64,000 bases of DNA from Raja brachyura (Eukaryota). The notes under the pieces were generated by a model. It was not told where the DNA came from. It did no database searches and saw only the letters and a list, made by a program, of their open reading frames with translations. Location: positions 11,222,001 through 11,286,000 of the forward strand of contig OY740798.1 of NCBI GenBank assembly GCA_963514005.1. Direction: 5' to 3'. Both the position numbers and the translations under genes were made by a program. Position 1 is the stretch's first letter. Every line of letters starts with the position of its first letter. Of this stretch, positions 51,805 to 64,000 are shown piece by piece.

Positions 51805-52143
51805 TTAGAAAATACCGTTTGACCTGTTTTTACAAAATGTTAAATGGCCAGCTCGACATAGATTACAAAACCTACAACAAACCCAAACCAGGAGCAGACG
51901 AGGGCATTCGATCCAATTGAGGTACCAGCTACCAAGACAGATGTGTACAGCAATTCATTCTTCCCCCGCACAATTAAAGCATGGAATAGTCTTCATCCTA
52001 CCATAGTTACCCAACCAGATGCAACTAAATTTAAGGTAGCTCTTTCTTCCCAAGAACCCTTTCTGGCTTAAGTCATCCCTCCACCACCTCCAGTTTAAAA
52101 TCCATTTGGAATATTTTGGAGGACCAGGAAACCAAGAACCAAG
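51805..52143 (+). mobile_element. L2/CR1-group (Daphne/Crack-like) LINE 3' fragment
   Basis: RLTCFYKMLNGQLDID..SRRGHS..TKTDVYSNSFFPRTIKAWNSL..FKVAL with frameshifts; tail (AACCAAG)n. Confidence 0.75.
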
Positions 52144-55019
52144 GCTCCTCACTATCCATATCGATTCCTATTTTACAAAGCTGATCACCTAGTGATCATA
52201 ATTAACTGAAACATAATTTATTTAAAAATAAAAGTCTGAGGAGTGAGAAATCTTTTTAACCAGCAATTGCTTACAATATTAAACTGACAAATACAAACAG
52301 TAATTGAGGTGATTATCAATGGCACGTTGCGAGAAAGCAGATGTACACAGGAGGTAAACGATGAAAAGGATGTTTCTTAGAATTAGTTTATGATGGCAAA
52401 TGTATTGGTTTAGGCCAGTTGGACAGAAAGTAATTTCTGGGTATACATTTTATGTAATGTCAATAAATTATAACAAAAGAAATGTACACATTGCACAAGA
52501 CTCTATACATAGATACAGTTAGAAGAGTTAACTTGCAAACCTTTGTGAAAAAGAAAAATTTTAAGAAATTAATTTACAGGTAGGATTAATGTTGCCAATA
52601 ATGTAAAATTTACTCTTTCAGCTGCTCAGTTCATTTTAATTATAACTGAAATTTTTGTTATAAAATTACAGTCACACTTTATTTTGAGTAAACTGTCAAC
52701 TGATAAAACGACAGCAAGCAGCTTGGTATCCTGGTAACAAACAAGTCTTATGCTGTTCCACTATGCTGTTTCCAAGCAGTTCCCCAAAGCAGAGCATCAA
52801 GAACATGACAAATAGAGTCATTATCTTTTTGTAGATCACATTAGAAAGATTTTTAGCTGATTTAACTGTTTTTGGTTTAAGATGGAGCCATAATGATAAT
52901 CTATGTCCATACCAATCTGAGGTGTAATCAAGACACTTTTTAGTTACCTTTACACAGCTTATAAATAAAATGGTTCCAATATTTTCAGAGCCCAAATCAT
53001 GTCATAGAAAACAATCTGTATTACAAACTCAATTTAAGGGGCAGAATAGTCAACAATCATGCAGATGGTTGCAAATCCAGTGCAAAAGGACCAGTCGTCA
53101 AGGGGCAATGATCAATGTAATTGCCAAAAGAAAAGAAAATTAATTGTTTTTAATGCATGAGATCCCATTATGTTAGAACCAGATCACTGCAAGGCATTAT
53201 GATTGTATTATGAATGCATTATGTATCAAGTAGCATTGGTCATTTGTGTAACATTAAACCACTGGCAGGTAAAACAAAGAGCACTGCAATTTATGGCTAA
53301 ACATTTGCTTGTATGGTATGATTTCTCTCGATAGAATACAAAACAAAGTTTTGCAAATTGTCTGTACTTGTACAAGGTTGACCTATCTGTACTTGTACAA
53401 TGTGTCAACCATTCCAAGAAATTTAGGATGTTCAGTAGTACTGATTTAACTAATCTCAGCTGGGACACCACAATTAGCCTCAGCGTCTTCAGGTTAGGCA
53501 CATGCTTTATCACTATTCAATGACTCAATGCTGCAGGTTCGTAAGGGTGAAACTTGGCTGAGGTCAGGGCTCCACTGTAGAGGCCTCTATGGTCAAAATT
53601 CCTGTAAGATTTCTGTGCAGGGGCCACACATATAAAAAGAAAACTTGGAAAAGGAGTGCAAAGAGACAGAAATTTGTAGAGTAATGCTCCACCAGGGAAT
53701 TAGCAGTTTCTGGCGAATTATAGAAAAAATAGCAAGAAAAAAGCTCTCAAGTAGAAATTGAAATTAATTTTAATACAAGATTTCTTCCTGAAAATACTTG
53801 TTTCAATGAGAAAGTACTTATGACATTTAAGACCAAATGGCTTGGAGGAGTCACTGTTTTCAACAATACAAGAAAGCTCAAACAAGAGAGTTAAAATGAC
53901 AGGGTTACTGAAGCATCGTGAATTAATTACTGCATTTCTACAGATTTAATTCAGCTATCTCGCTGTTTGGCATGGTAGCTCCTCCCATCTAATTCTCCCA
54001 ATTATGTTCTTAACATTCTTTAAATAAAACTTACAAAAACAGCACAAAAAAAGTCAAATTTAATGAAGTTAATCAGAGTTCACATATGCTTTGACCTTTA
54101 AATGGTGACAAGATTACGCTTTTATGATCCAACCATTAACATGAATGTATAAGCCACCATTACAAAATTGTAAATCTTTCTCCATCTACAGTCCAACTTT
54201 TAATTACTGATTAGATGAATAATTTCAATGCAAACTGAAACATATGTACTCTTTCTTTCTTCACAGATGATGCCTGCCTTGATGTGCCTCTTCCAGTTTT
54301 TTTTCTCCGTTTAAACTCATCAAGCAGGACTTTGTTTATGATAGAAAAATATCCTTATCTGCTTTTTTACAGATAACTGCAGCAAAATTCTATGTTTTAA
54401 TGACAGTCAAGGTCAGAAAGTTTGGTAAATATCATTGCATGTAATGCAATCTGAGGAAGTTTGGGTGGCTGAATACAGAAAGTTCTTGATATTATTAATG
54501 CTGTAGGGAGACCGGAAATTTTGTTGGCAAGAATATATTGGAAATTGATAAAAGAGATGAGAAAGAATGAAACAGATTGCAATCAGTCATACCAGTTACT
54601 TAAAGCTGTGCTATACCTTATCAATTTGATTTCATCCAGTTGCCAGATGTTTTGAACCATGCTCAGAAAAGTTAGCAATGAACTCCATGAACATTTGAGA
54701 ATCAACCCAATTAAAATTTTAAACCTATCTCCATAAAGGTGGTTGGCCACTGCCACCAATTCCATGAGGATCTTCTTTATATACATTGCTAAGAAATATT
54801 GGGGCTATACACGTAAGGCATTTGCACGTAAGGCACGTCAAGATTTTTTATTTTGAAATGTCAGCAACCATTCCCTGTATTTGAAGAGAAGGGAGTGGAC
54901 ATTAAAATGTTTCTTTAGGTTAGTCTGATGTTCCAACATGATGAATGATGTTCAAAAATATGCCAAGTTGAACAGCAGAATAGAAAATAGCATCTAATGT
55001 TTAAAACTGTACTTGATAA

Positions 55020-55165
55020 ATTCATAAGTTCTCGGAGTAGAATTAGGCCATTCGGCCCATCAAGTCTACTCCACCATTCAATCATGGCTAACTTGTCCTC
55101 TCAACCCCATTCTCCTGCCTTCTCCCCATAATCATTGACACCCGTACTAATCAAGAATCTGTCAC
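55020..55165 (-). repeat. CR1 3' UTR fragment
   Basis: cataagttctcggagtagaattaggccattcggcccatcaagtctactccaccattcaatcatggct; related pieces at 33775-33895 and 35820-35920 (+). Confidence 0.75.
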
Positions 55166-55664
55166 TCAATGGTGATTAATTAATGGGTAATTTCTTGAAG
55201 ATAATTTTAAAAATCCCCTTCCCATCAGTGCCATCAAAAATACAGAGAAATATTCTTATTACACATTCTTATTTTGTTTACATTCTCTTTTCCAAATTCG
55301 TCAGGTCGTCCAGCACAGATTTTGTTTTTTGCACAATAACCTCATCACTGTTGCTTGTTTGGCATCCAAGTTTTGGACTAGTCACAATTCCTACACTTAA
55401 ACAGTTTATGGCTGAAATCTCTCATAAAACTTTGAGTCTCCTTTGAACCCATTCCCCTCCATGTCCTGCCTCAGGGTGAACCAGACTATTTGCAAATGAG
55501 TGGAGTTCAGCACCAACACCACAGTTCTCCATTTGCAAAGGCCACTGTTTCTATCACTGTAATATGCCTGCATCTTTTTTGTGGAGAAGAGCACAGTTGA
55601 GGCCAATTTTACATTGCCATTAAGTAATCAAAGGGAATGCAGAAGAAATGTGTTTGTTCAGTAG

Positions 55665-56217
55665 TGTGTCGGTATGTCAAGGAGGACTCTCTCGAACTTC
55701 TACAGGTGCACAGTAGAGAGCATGTTGACCAGTTGCATCGTGGCTTGGTTCGGCAACTTGAGTGCCCAGGAGCGGAAAAGACTGCAAAAAGTTGTCAACA
55801 CTGCCCAGTCCATCATCGGCTCTGACCTCCCGACCATCGAGGGGATCCATCGCAGTTGCTGCCTCAAAAAGGCTACCAGCATCATCAAGGATCCACACCA
55901 TCCTGGCCACTCACTCATCTCCCCACTGCCTACGGGTAGAAGGTACAGGAGCCTGAAATCTGCAACATCCAGGTTCAGGAATAGCTACTTTCCCACAGCC
56001 ATCAGGCTAGTAAATGCAACTCAAAACACATCTGATCATTAATAGCCCATTGCACTTTATCTGTTTATTTATGTGTATATATATATATATATTCATTGGT
56101 ATATGGTCACACTGATCTGTTCTGTTGTGTATTTATTTATGCCTACTATATTCTGTTGTGTTGAATTGCATTGTCCTATCTGGGACACATGACAATAAAC
56201 TCTCTTGAATCTTGAAT
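55665..56217 (+). mobile_element. Rex1/Babar LINE 3' fragment
   Basis: ORF 55674..56042 LSNFYRCTVESMLTSCIVAWFGN..RLQKVVNTAQSIIG..DPHHPGH..GRRYRSL..RFRNSYFPTAIRL; AATAAA plus (TCTTGAA)n tail. Confidence 0.92.
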
Positions 56218-57442
56218 ATTACTACTCGAGAAAGTAGTTGAGAGAAACAGCCTGGTGTGTTTAAGGAGAAACTAAATTAAGAAGATACAAATAGATGTTG
56301 GGAGAGGAAGGGCGTATGAGTGGGCATGACTACAAGCTTGAACTTGTTGAGCAGAATTGGATATTTCTGTACACACTACACAAACATGTTTAAAACTAAT
56401 ATTGACAAAATAATATTAGCAGGTTATGAAGGGGTTAGGTGAAGTAATTCCCAAATTAGCAGTACTGATCTAGGAAATACCAGCAATGTTTAAAACATAA
56501 AAGTTATTTATTCACAGATTTCTTTGATATTTTGTGCTAATAATGGATACTATGTGAGATTTACACCACTTCGGGATTAAAGAAATTCTGAGCCCTTTCA
56601 CTTTTTTAATATCCAGCCTAAAAGTAGAAGTGTTAGAGTTGATTTAATCTCATTGGCAAATGCTTTTGGAGTTTGGATGAAATAGCCAATATGAGTATTA
56701 CCAACTTCATGCTACGAAGCAATCTTTTGGATGGCTATGCAATGTAAATGGAACAATTTTAAAAGCCTGTCGGTAGTACAAAGTCAAATTACACCGACGG
56801 CATGTGAGAGAGGGAAATGTGTTTCAAATTTCATAAAAATACATAGTTCATAAAAATATATATCTCAGTTCAAAATGACTTGCATAATTAAAAATATTTA
56901 ATATTTTCCATTACATATCTGCCTTACCTTTCAACAAAGATATTCAGCAATACCACCATAATAAATAATTAACAGTTGTTTAACAAAATCTTCATATTGC
57001 TGTTACAAATAATTAACTAACGTTTAATAAAAGCTGCTGTAACACTGCAATAATCAGTTAACAATATTCCTTAAATACAAACAACTGCAACATTTGCTAA
57101 TTGTTCATAGGTCAACAGTTTTGCTGAAAATTGATCATGGAAGCTCCTTTATAAATATTTAATAACCAACAATTAAGCTGTTAATCACTTGTAGCTACAG
57201 TGCAATTAAATGTATAATGCTAGCTCAGAGTTTCGCACTTAAAATTGAAGTGTTTCTACTTGGAGCTACCCTGAGGTTAGAAATATTAGAGGTTACTGAC
57301 CAGTTTCGAGATTGCAATGGCAAAGATCTGATGCCATAAAATCGTTATGCCCTTACATTGCCAGAAAGCTTTGGCAGATACATTTTATAAAAATTTACTG
57401 GTATAATTGACATTTTGTAAGCCTGGCCATCTCCAAAGAATT

Positions 57443-57584
57443 ACAGAAGGAACTGCAGATGCTGGAGAATCGAGGGTTACACAAAAAGCTGGAGAAAGGT
57501 CTCGACCCGAAACGTCGCCTATCTCCTTCGCTCCTTAGATGCTGCTGCACCCGCTGAGTTTCTCCAGCTTTTTGTGTAACCCTC
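57443..57584. mobile_element. Penelope-derived inverted insertion flanked by a 12-bp direct repeat
   Basis: ctccaaagaatt at 57431-57442 and 57582-57593; perfect 26-bp inverted repeat 57472-57497 / 57559-57584. Confidence 0.85.
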
Positions 57585-57879
57585 CAAAGAATTTCATCTG
57601 GCTACCAGGTAAGAGGATCGGAAAGGGAAGGTGTTGGATTGGAGATATAATTCACAACTAAAGTTTTAGATTTTTTGCCCTCGTTTCAATGCGAGTCGCC
57701 TGCAATGGAAACACACTTGTAGATTGCATGTGAAAAAATTATTTGGCCATAACTCCCAAAGAAAACCATTGTCACATTAACTTGAAATGGAGATAAAAAC
57801 ACTCAAAAATCACACCTATAAAAGTTCGGAGAAAATTTCTAAAACTATTCTTCAGGACGTGGGCATGGGGCATTTTGAA

Positions 57880-60800
57880 AATATTAACAGGATTAGACAA
57901 AATCAACATGGATTAATGAAAGATAAATTTGATTTGAAAATCTACTAGATATTTTGTGGATGCATCAGGAACAATAGATAAGGGAGAACTGCTGGATGTG
58001 ATGTGTTTGTATTTTCATGAGATTCTTTTCTAAAATTCCAAATTAGAAGTTAAGAGTGCAAAATGCAAACACAGGGAATTGAGGAGCGAAATACCAGCAT
58101 GGATTGCTAACAGACAATATTGATGGATGGGTCTTTCTCAGGGTGGCAGGCGTGGCCAATTGGTACCGCTTAAGCTGTATCTATTCATACAATGCATCAA
58201 TGATTTAGTTGAGGGAACGGAACATAATATTTTGAAGTTTGCTGATGACATGAAATTGACTAGGATTGTGAGATGTCAGAAGGATGCAGAGGCTTGAAGG
58301 TGATGCACACAAGTTAATTGAATGGGCAAATACATGGCAGAGGCAGTATAACATGGAAAAATGTGAAATTATCCACTTCCGTAAGGCAGACAAGCAGAGA
58401 ATTAGAGTCATAGAGTGATACAGTGTGGCAAAACAGGCCCTTTGGCCCAACTCGCCCATACCAGCCAACAATGTCCCAGCTACATTAGTCTCACTTGCCT
58501 GCGCTTGGTCCATATCCCTCCAAACCTGTCCTATCCATGTACCTGTCTAAATGTTTCTTAAATGATGGGCTAGTCCCAGCCTCAACTACCTCCTCTGGCA
58601 GCTTGTTCCATACACCCACCACCCTTTGTGTGAAATAATTACCCCTCGGATTCCTATTAAATCTTTTCACTGTCAATTTGAACCTATGTCCTCTGGTCCT
58701 CGATTCCCTTACTCTGGGCAAAATACTCTCTGCATATACCCGATCTATTTCTCTCATAACTTATGTATACCTCTATAAGATCTCCCCTAATCGTCCTGCG
58801 AACAATGGAATAGAGACCCAGGCTACTCAACCACTCCCTATAGCTCACACCCTGTAATCCTGGCAACATCCTCGTAAATCTTTTCTGAACCCTTTCAAGC
58901 TTGACAATATCTTTCCAAAATGGTGCCCAGAACTGAACACAATATTCTAAATGCGGTCTCACCAATGTCTTATACAACTGCAAAATGACCTCCCAACTTC
59001 TATACTCAATACTGACTGATGAAGGCCAAAATGCCAAAAGCCTTTTCGACCACCTTAACGACCTGCGACTCGAGCTTCAAGGAGCCCGATGTACTCCTAG
59101 ATCCCTCTGCTCTACAACATTACCCAGAGGCCTACCATTTACTGTGTAGGTCCTGCCCTATTCGACGTCGCAAATGCAACACCTCACAATTTTCTGTATT
59201 AAATTTCATCAACCCTTCCTCTGTCCACCTGGCCAATCGATCCAGATCCTGCTGCAATCTTTCACAACCATCTTCACTATCTGCAAAACCACTAACTTTG
59301 TATGTTCTCATCCAATGATGTAGATGTAGATGACAAACAGTAACGGGCTCAGAACCGAACGCTGAGGCACACCACTAGTCACAGGCCTCCAGTCTGAGAA
59401 GCAACCTTCCACCATCACCCTCTGCTTCCTTCCATTGAGCCAATTTGCTATCCATTCAGCTATCTCTCCTTGGATCCCATGTGATCTAACCTTCCAGAGC
59501 AGCCTCATGCGGAACCTTGTCGAACGCCTCACTGAAGTCCATGTACAGAACATCTACAGCTCTGCCCTTGTCAACCTTTTTGATCACGTCTTCAAAAAAA
59601 TCAATTAGATTTGTGAGACACGACCTCCCATGTACAAAACCATGCTGACTATCCCTAATCAACCCTTGCCCATCTAAATGGCTGTATAACCTATCGCTCA
59701 GAATACTCTCCAGTACCAACTACATATTTTTAAGCTCACCGGCCTATAGTTCCCAGCATTTTCCCTGCAGCCCTTCTTGAAAAGAGGTACAACATTTGCC
59801 ACCCTCCAGTCTTTCGGCTCCTTTCCTGTATTTAAGGACGACTCGTAAAATTCAACCAGGGCTCCCGCAATTTGTTCTCTAGTTTACCACAATGTCCTCG
59901 GATTTTTCTACCTTCAAATACGACAGTACCTTCAGTACTTCTTCGACAGTAACCCTGACTGCTCTCAAGACACTTCCAGTGACTGCTCCAATTTCCTCCA
60001 TCCTACTGTCTTTCTCCTCAGTAAATACAGAGGAGAAATATTCATTTAGGACCTTACCCATCTGCTGTGGCTCCACACAGAGGTGACTGCTTTGATTCCT
60101 GAGAGGTCCCACTTTGTCTCTGGTAACCCTTTTCCCCCTTATATATTTATAAAATCTTTTGGGATTGTCCTTAATGCTCCCCCGCCACAGATATCTCCTG
60201 GCCCCTTTTTGCCCTTCTGAGTTCCTTTTCTAGTTTACTCCTTAGTTTCCAAAACTCCTCCAGTGATGCACTTGAACCCAGCTGTCTATACGTCCCATGC
60301 ATCTTCTTGTTTTTGACTAACTTCTCAATTTCCCTCGTCAGCCAAGCTTCCTTACTTTTGCCTGTTTTGCTCTTCACTCTAACAGGGACGTACACATCCT
60401 GAACTTTCTTCAGTACACTTTTAAAAAATTCCCACTTGGCCGATGTTCCTTTCCCCTCAAATAACCTGCTCCAGTCAACTTGAGCGAGACTTTCTTTCAT
60501 ACCTTCAAAGTTGGTCTTACTCCAGTTGAGCATTTAAACTCGTGGACCATCTCCATTCCTATCCGTAACTTTCTTAAACCTAATCGAACTGTGGTCACTG
60601 GTCGCAAAAGGCTCCTCCACACACACTTCATTAATTTGCCCGTCCCAATTTCCCAATACTAGATCCAGCATTGCTCTCTCACGTGTGGGGGCCTCCACAT
60701 ACTGCTTAAGAAAACTCTCCTGAACACCTTTGAGGAATTGTACCCCATCTAAACCTTTCATGCTATGATTTCCCCAGTCTATATTGGGAAAGTTAAAATC

Positions 60801-61750
60801 CACTACTATAACAATCTTATTTGACCTGCAGCTGTCTGCAATCACCCGATACATTCGTTCTTCTAATTCCCGTTGACTATTCGGGAGTAGTACACCCCGA
60901 ACAAGGTGATCATCCCTTTCTTGTTCCTTAGCTCCACCCATACAGCCTCACTAGACCAACCATCCGTAATGTCACTTCTGAACACAACCGTGTCCTCCTT
61001 AACCTTCAATGCAACCCCCCCCCTCCTCTTTTTCCCTCACCCCTGTCTCTCCTGAAGCTCCTGTATTCTGTTTAAATAGTGAAAGAATGAGAACCTCAAA
61101 TGAGAAATACTTAATATGTCCTTGTATATCAGTCACTGAATGCAAACATGCAGATGAAGCAGACATTTAAGATAGCAAATGGAACTTAAGCCTTTAGAGA
61201 AAAGCAGCTTTGATTCCAGGATCAAGGATAATTTACTGCAAATATACAAGTCAAAGGTGAGAACACACATGGACTATTTGGCACATTTCTGGTCTCCATA
61301 CAGGTAGTTTACTAGAATGATTCCTGCAATGTCAGGACTCTCTTAAGAGGTGGGGCTATCTTGTGAGGTGGGATTAGCCGATTAGTTATGTATTCGCTGA
61401 AAATTAGAAAAATGAGAGGGGATCTCATTGAAAAGTTCAAATTCCTGACATGACTTGACAGTCTTGATTCAAGGAGGATGTTTTCCCCAACAGAAAGTGT
61501 CGCACCAAGGCTCACAGGATATGGGGCAAGACATTAAAGAATGAGATGGAGAAATTATTTATTCACAAGATGAGCCACCTGTTGAATTCTGAACCAATGA
61601 GGGCTGAATATATTTACGATGATGATAAATAATTTTCTGGGCTCAAAAGGTGTCAAGCAATATGGTGAAAGAGCAGGAATGTGGCACTGAGAAAGAGGAT
61701 GAAGCATGATCGTGCTGAATGGTAAAGCATGTTGTTCAAAGGGCTTACTC
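57880..61750 (+). mobile_element. Old CR1 (57880-58402 and 61068-61750) split by a younger antisense CR1
   Basis: Left part has caacatgga (QHG), tttgctgatgac (FADD), tggcag..tataac..aaatgtgaa. Right part resumes at tttaaatagtgaa.. and runs through atgagaggggatctcattgaa (MRGDLIE) to a 3' UTR. Confidence 0.8.
58403..61067 (-). mobile_element. CR1 LINE of about 2.7 kb (APE endonuclease plus RT, frameshifted)
   Basis: ORFs 60534..60941 (DFNFPNIDW, PTRERAMLDLVL, SDH), 59486..59719 (QHGF, YMDFSEAFDKVPH), 58684..59037 and 58491..58757; (ACTCTATG)n-like tail. Confidence 0.95.
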
Positions 61751-62924
61751 CAGTGCGTAGGATTCAGCTTAATTTATCTTGGGTATTATGAAAGGGACAA
61801 AAGTGTTGACCATCACTACTTCATCTTATCATGGTTTTCATATAATTATTTAAACTATGTGTGATCAGAATTAAATTCACTTATGTTTGAGTCTTATTCC
61901 TAGATAGGAACGACTTTCCATTGTTCAGGGCTATAAACCCCCCCCCCCCCCCCCCAGAAACAATAATTTATTTGTGTTACTTGCAATTTTAATAAGATAT
62001 ATTTTGCTTATGATGCAGCTTTCTTGACACCAGAGAGCCTAAACACACATTGAAGGACACCTTGACTTAATGTTTCAGACATGATATGAGATATCCCACT
62101 CCCAGCATGATCTTTCAGACATTGAAAGAACTTGTACCTTTTGTATTGTTCGTGCGACTCAATCTATTGCTATTTGGCCTCCCAAATCATTTTAATACAG
62201 CTCAAGGAATCTCACTAAACAGCACTTCATCTTTTGTTAAAGGAGTGCACGGCTGCCTAAAAATGAGAGGAATATTTTAAGATGACTGTCATATTTAGCT
62301 TTCTCTTTATTGGGCTCAAATTATATTTAAACCTCCCATTCTCACATTGTCCTTTGCCTTGCCAGATTATCCTCTTATTGCATTCCACTCTCTCAGAGAT
62401 CATCCCTTTTGGTTTTACCTCACTTTCTACGGCTACATTTCCATTTTTTAAGTTTTATACATTTCTATAATCCCCCTATTCTCTGGGGGATTATAAAACA
62501 AAGTCCAATTCACCTGTAATAAGATATAAAGCAATTTTGCATTTACTTGAAGTCAAATGTTCCCTGCCTCTGATTTGAAGTTGACGGCTTTGAGACGGAC
62601 TTTAGGGACAGAAAGTTTCATTGTCCTGTCCAATTTCACTTTCAACTCGCACTACAAAAAACTATTAATTGGACATTCCTGTTATTTGCAACCAGCACAG
62701 AAGCAAGTTGATTGCTCTCTTCCTATACATAAAGAATCACAGCAATAGTCACGTGGCTGTAAAATGATTTGGGTCACGTGGACATTGCAAAAGGTACAAG
62801 TTCTTTGTTTTTTAATATATTCCTCATTGTTGTGGTGCAAAGATCAATGGCAAATTCAATTACGTCCTTTTTTTAAGAAATTGGATCTGAAGCCCTGAGC
62901 CTTGCACCTGGTTAGATGTAGATG

Positions 62925-63024
62925 TGTGTGTGCATATATATATATATATATATGTGTATATATATGTGTATATATATGTATGTAGATATATATGTATCTA
63001 GATATATATATGTATGTAGATATA
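62925..63024. repeat. Compound (TA)n/(TG)n microsatellite
   Basis: gtgtgtgcatatatatatata...tgtgtatatatatg... Confidence 0.9.
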
Positions 63025-63319
63025 AATGCTCCACAACTAAATGCAAACACAAAAAAATAGCATTAGCCATGCAACCTCTCACCCGGCTCTACTAGTCACT
63101 GATGAACTACTATATCAACTTCAATTTACTGCCCTAATCCCATCTGTACCGTTAATATTAAGGCTTATGTATACTAATCAACTGAGTAAGTTCTACTTGA
63201 AGAACCAGAGCCACATGAGACAAAAACACCTTCAGAAAATTAGAGGGAATGGTGCATAGGGTGAAAGATGAAAGTGGGCCAAAGTTTCCATGCTGTATAT
63301 TTATATTTCACATGCAACT

Positions 63320-63462
63320 GCACAAGATGGGTGCTGGAGAAACTCAGTGAGTCACGCAACATCTGTGGTGGGAATACCTAGATGTTTCAGGTGAAGAAGG
63401 GTCCCGACCTGCCCATTTCCTAATATTCCCACAGATGCTGCCTCCAGCTCTTTGTGTTTAGC
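63320..63462. repeat. Degenerate inverted Penelope pLTR pair
   Basis: gtgctggagaaactcag..catctgtgg / gaagaagggtcccgacc..ccacagatgctgcc. Confidence 0.65.
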
Positions 63463-64000
63463 TCTTTCTTCCTTGTACTGCTTTGGTAAATTCCATCTAC
63501 ACCCTTTAGAAAATCATAATAGTCTTCCATAGCATCCTTTGTTTGATGCTTATAATTTAATGCACCTCTAGCTGAGGTTCTTCTAATCACTGTTTTATAA
63601 AGCCTTGGCTTCCTTGCTTTTTCATTGTCTCTCTACATTAAAAATGATTTGCACTTCACATGTTTTTTTTAAAAAAAGCCTTTACAAAAAATTCTACACA
63701 AATGTTCCCGGCTCTCTCTGTTTCTGCACTCAATTTAAAATTGTATCATTTTCATAAAATTGTGTTTTCATATTCATTTTAACAATAAATCTCTCTTTAA
63801 AGTATTGGTGAATTTCATTTGACATATGTTTATCCATTTCATCAGTCTATATCCATGTCTTTCTAATGGCAATTATTATTGTCCTCATTGTTTATTGCAT
63901 GCCCAAATTTAGTCTCAATTATTTCCAGATCATTAAAATGAATCAAAAACAACAGTGTCCCCGTTACTGACCCAGAGGGAACATCAAAGCACACCTATTT

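Noticed and set aside
45213-64000. Search for ELP4 exons 4-5 (KIAWRY / FGHYYD motifs), including 47760-47800 and 55280-55395
   Set aside because: No convincing match by eye; these exons probably lie beyond the window.

Overview
AT-rich vertebrate DNA. The repeat content (CR1 LINEs, HE1-type SINEs, Penelope pseudo-LTR fragments, Harbinger-type MITEs) points to a cartilaginous fish, most likely a skate or ray; this is an inference. The window lies inside the ELP4 gene (Elongator subunit 4) on the minus strand. Four phase-compatible coding exons are present (45212-45128, 43609-43421, 23173-23065, 22039-21933), matching human exons 6-9 as I recall them. Exon 5 and the last exon were not found and probably lie outside the window. 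In jawed vertebrates these ELP4 introns host the PAX6 downstream regulatory region, so the repeat-poor blocks (about 5.4-6.9 kb, 16.4-18.4 kb and 19.3-30.1 kb) are candidate PAX6 enhancers, including a possible SIMO orthologue. The rest is nested, mostly dead transposons plus one 132-N assembly gap. The most novel-looking object is a 1281-bp non-autonomous Helitron (49985-51265, minus) with canonical ends. It carries a GC-rich, internally deleted copy of what looks like the first coding exon of SAC3D1 with its splice donor, i.e. apparent Helitron gene capture. One reading frame through that donor is phase-compatible with ELP4 exon 6. All homology calls are from recall and reading by eye; no searches were run.
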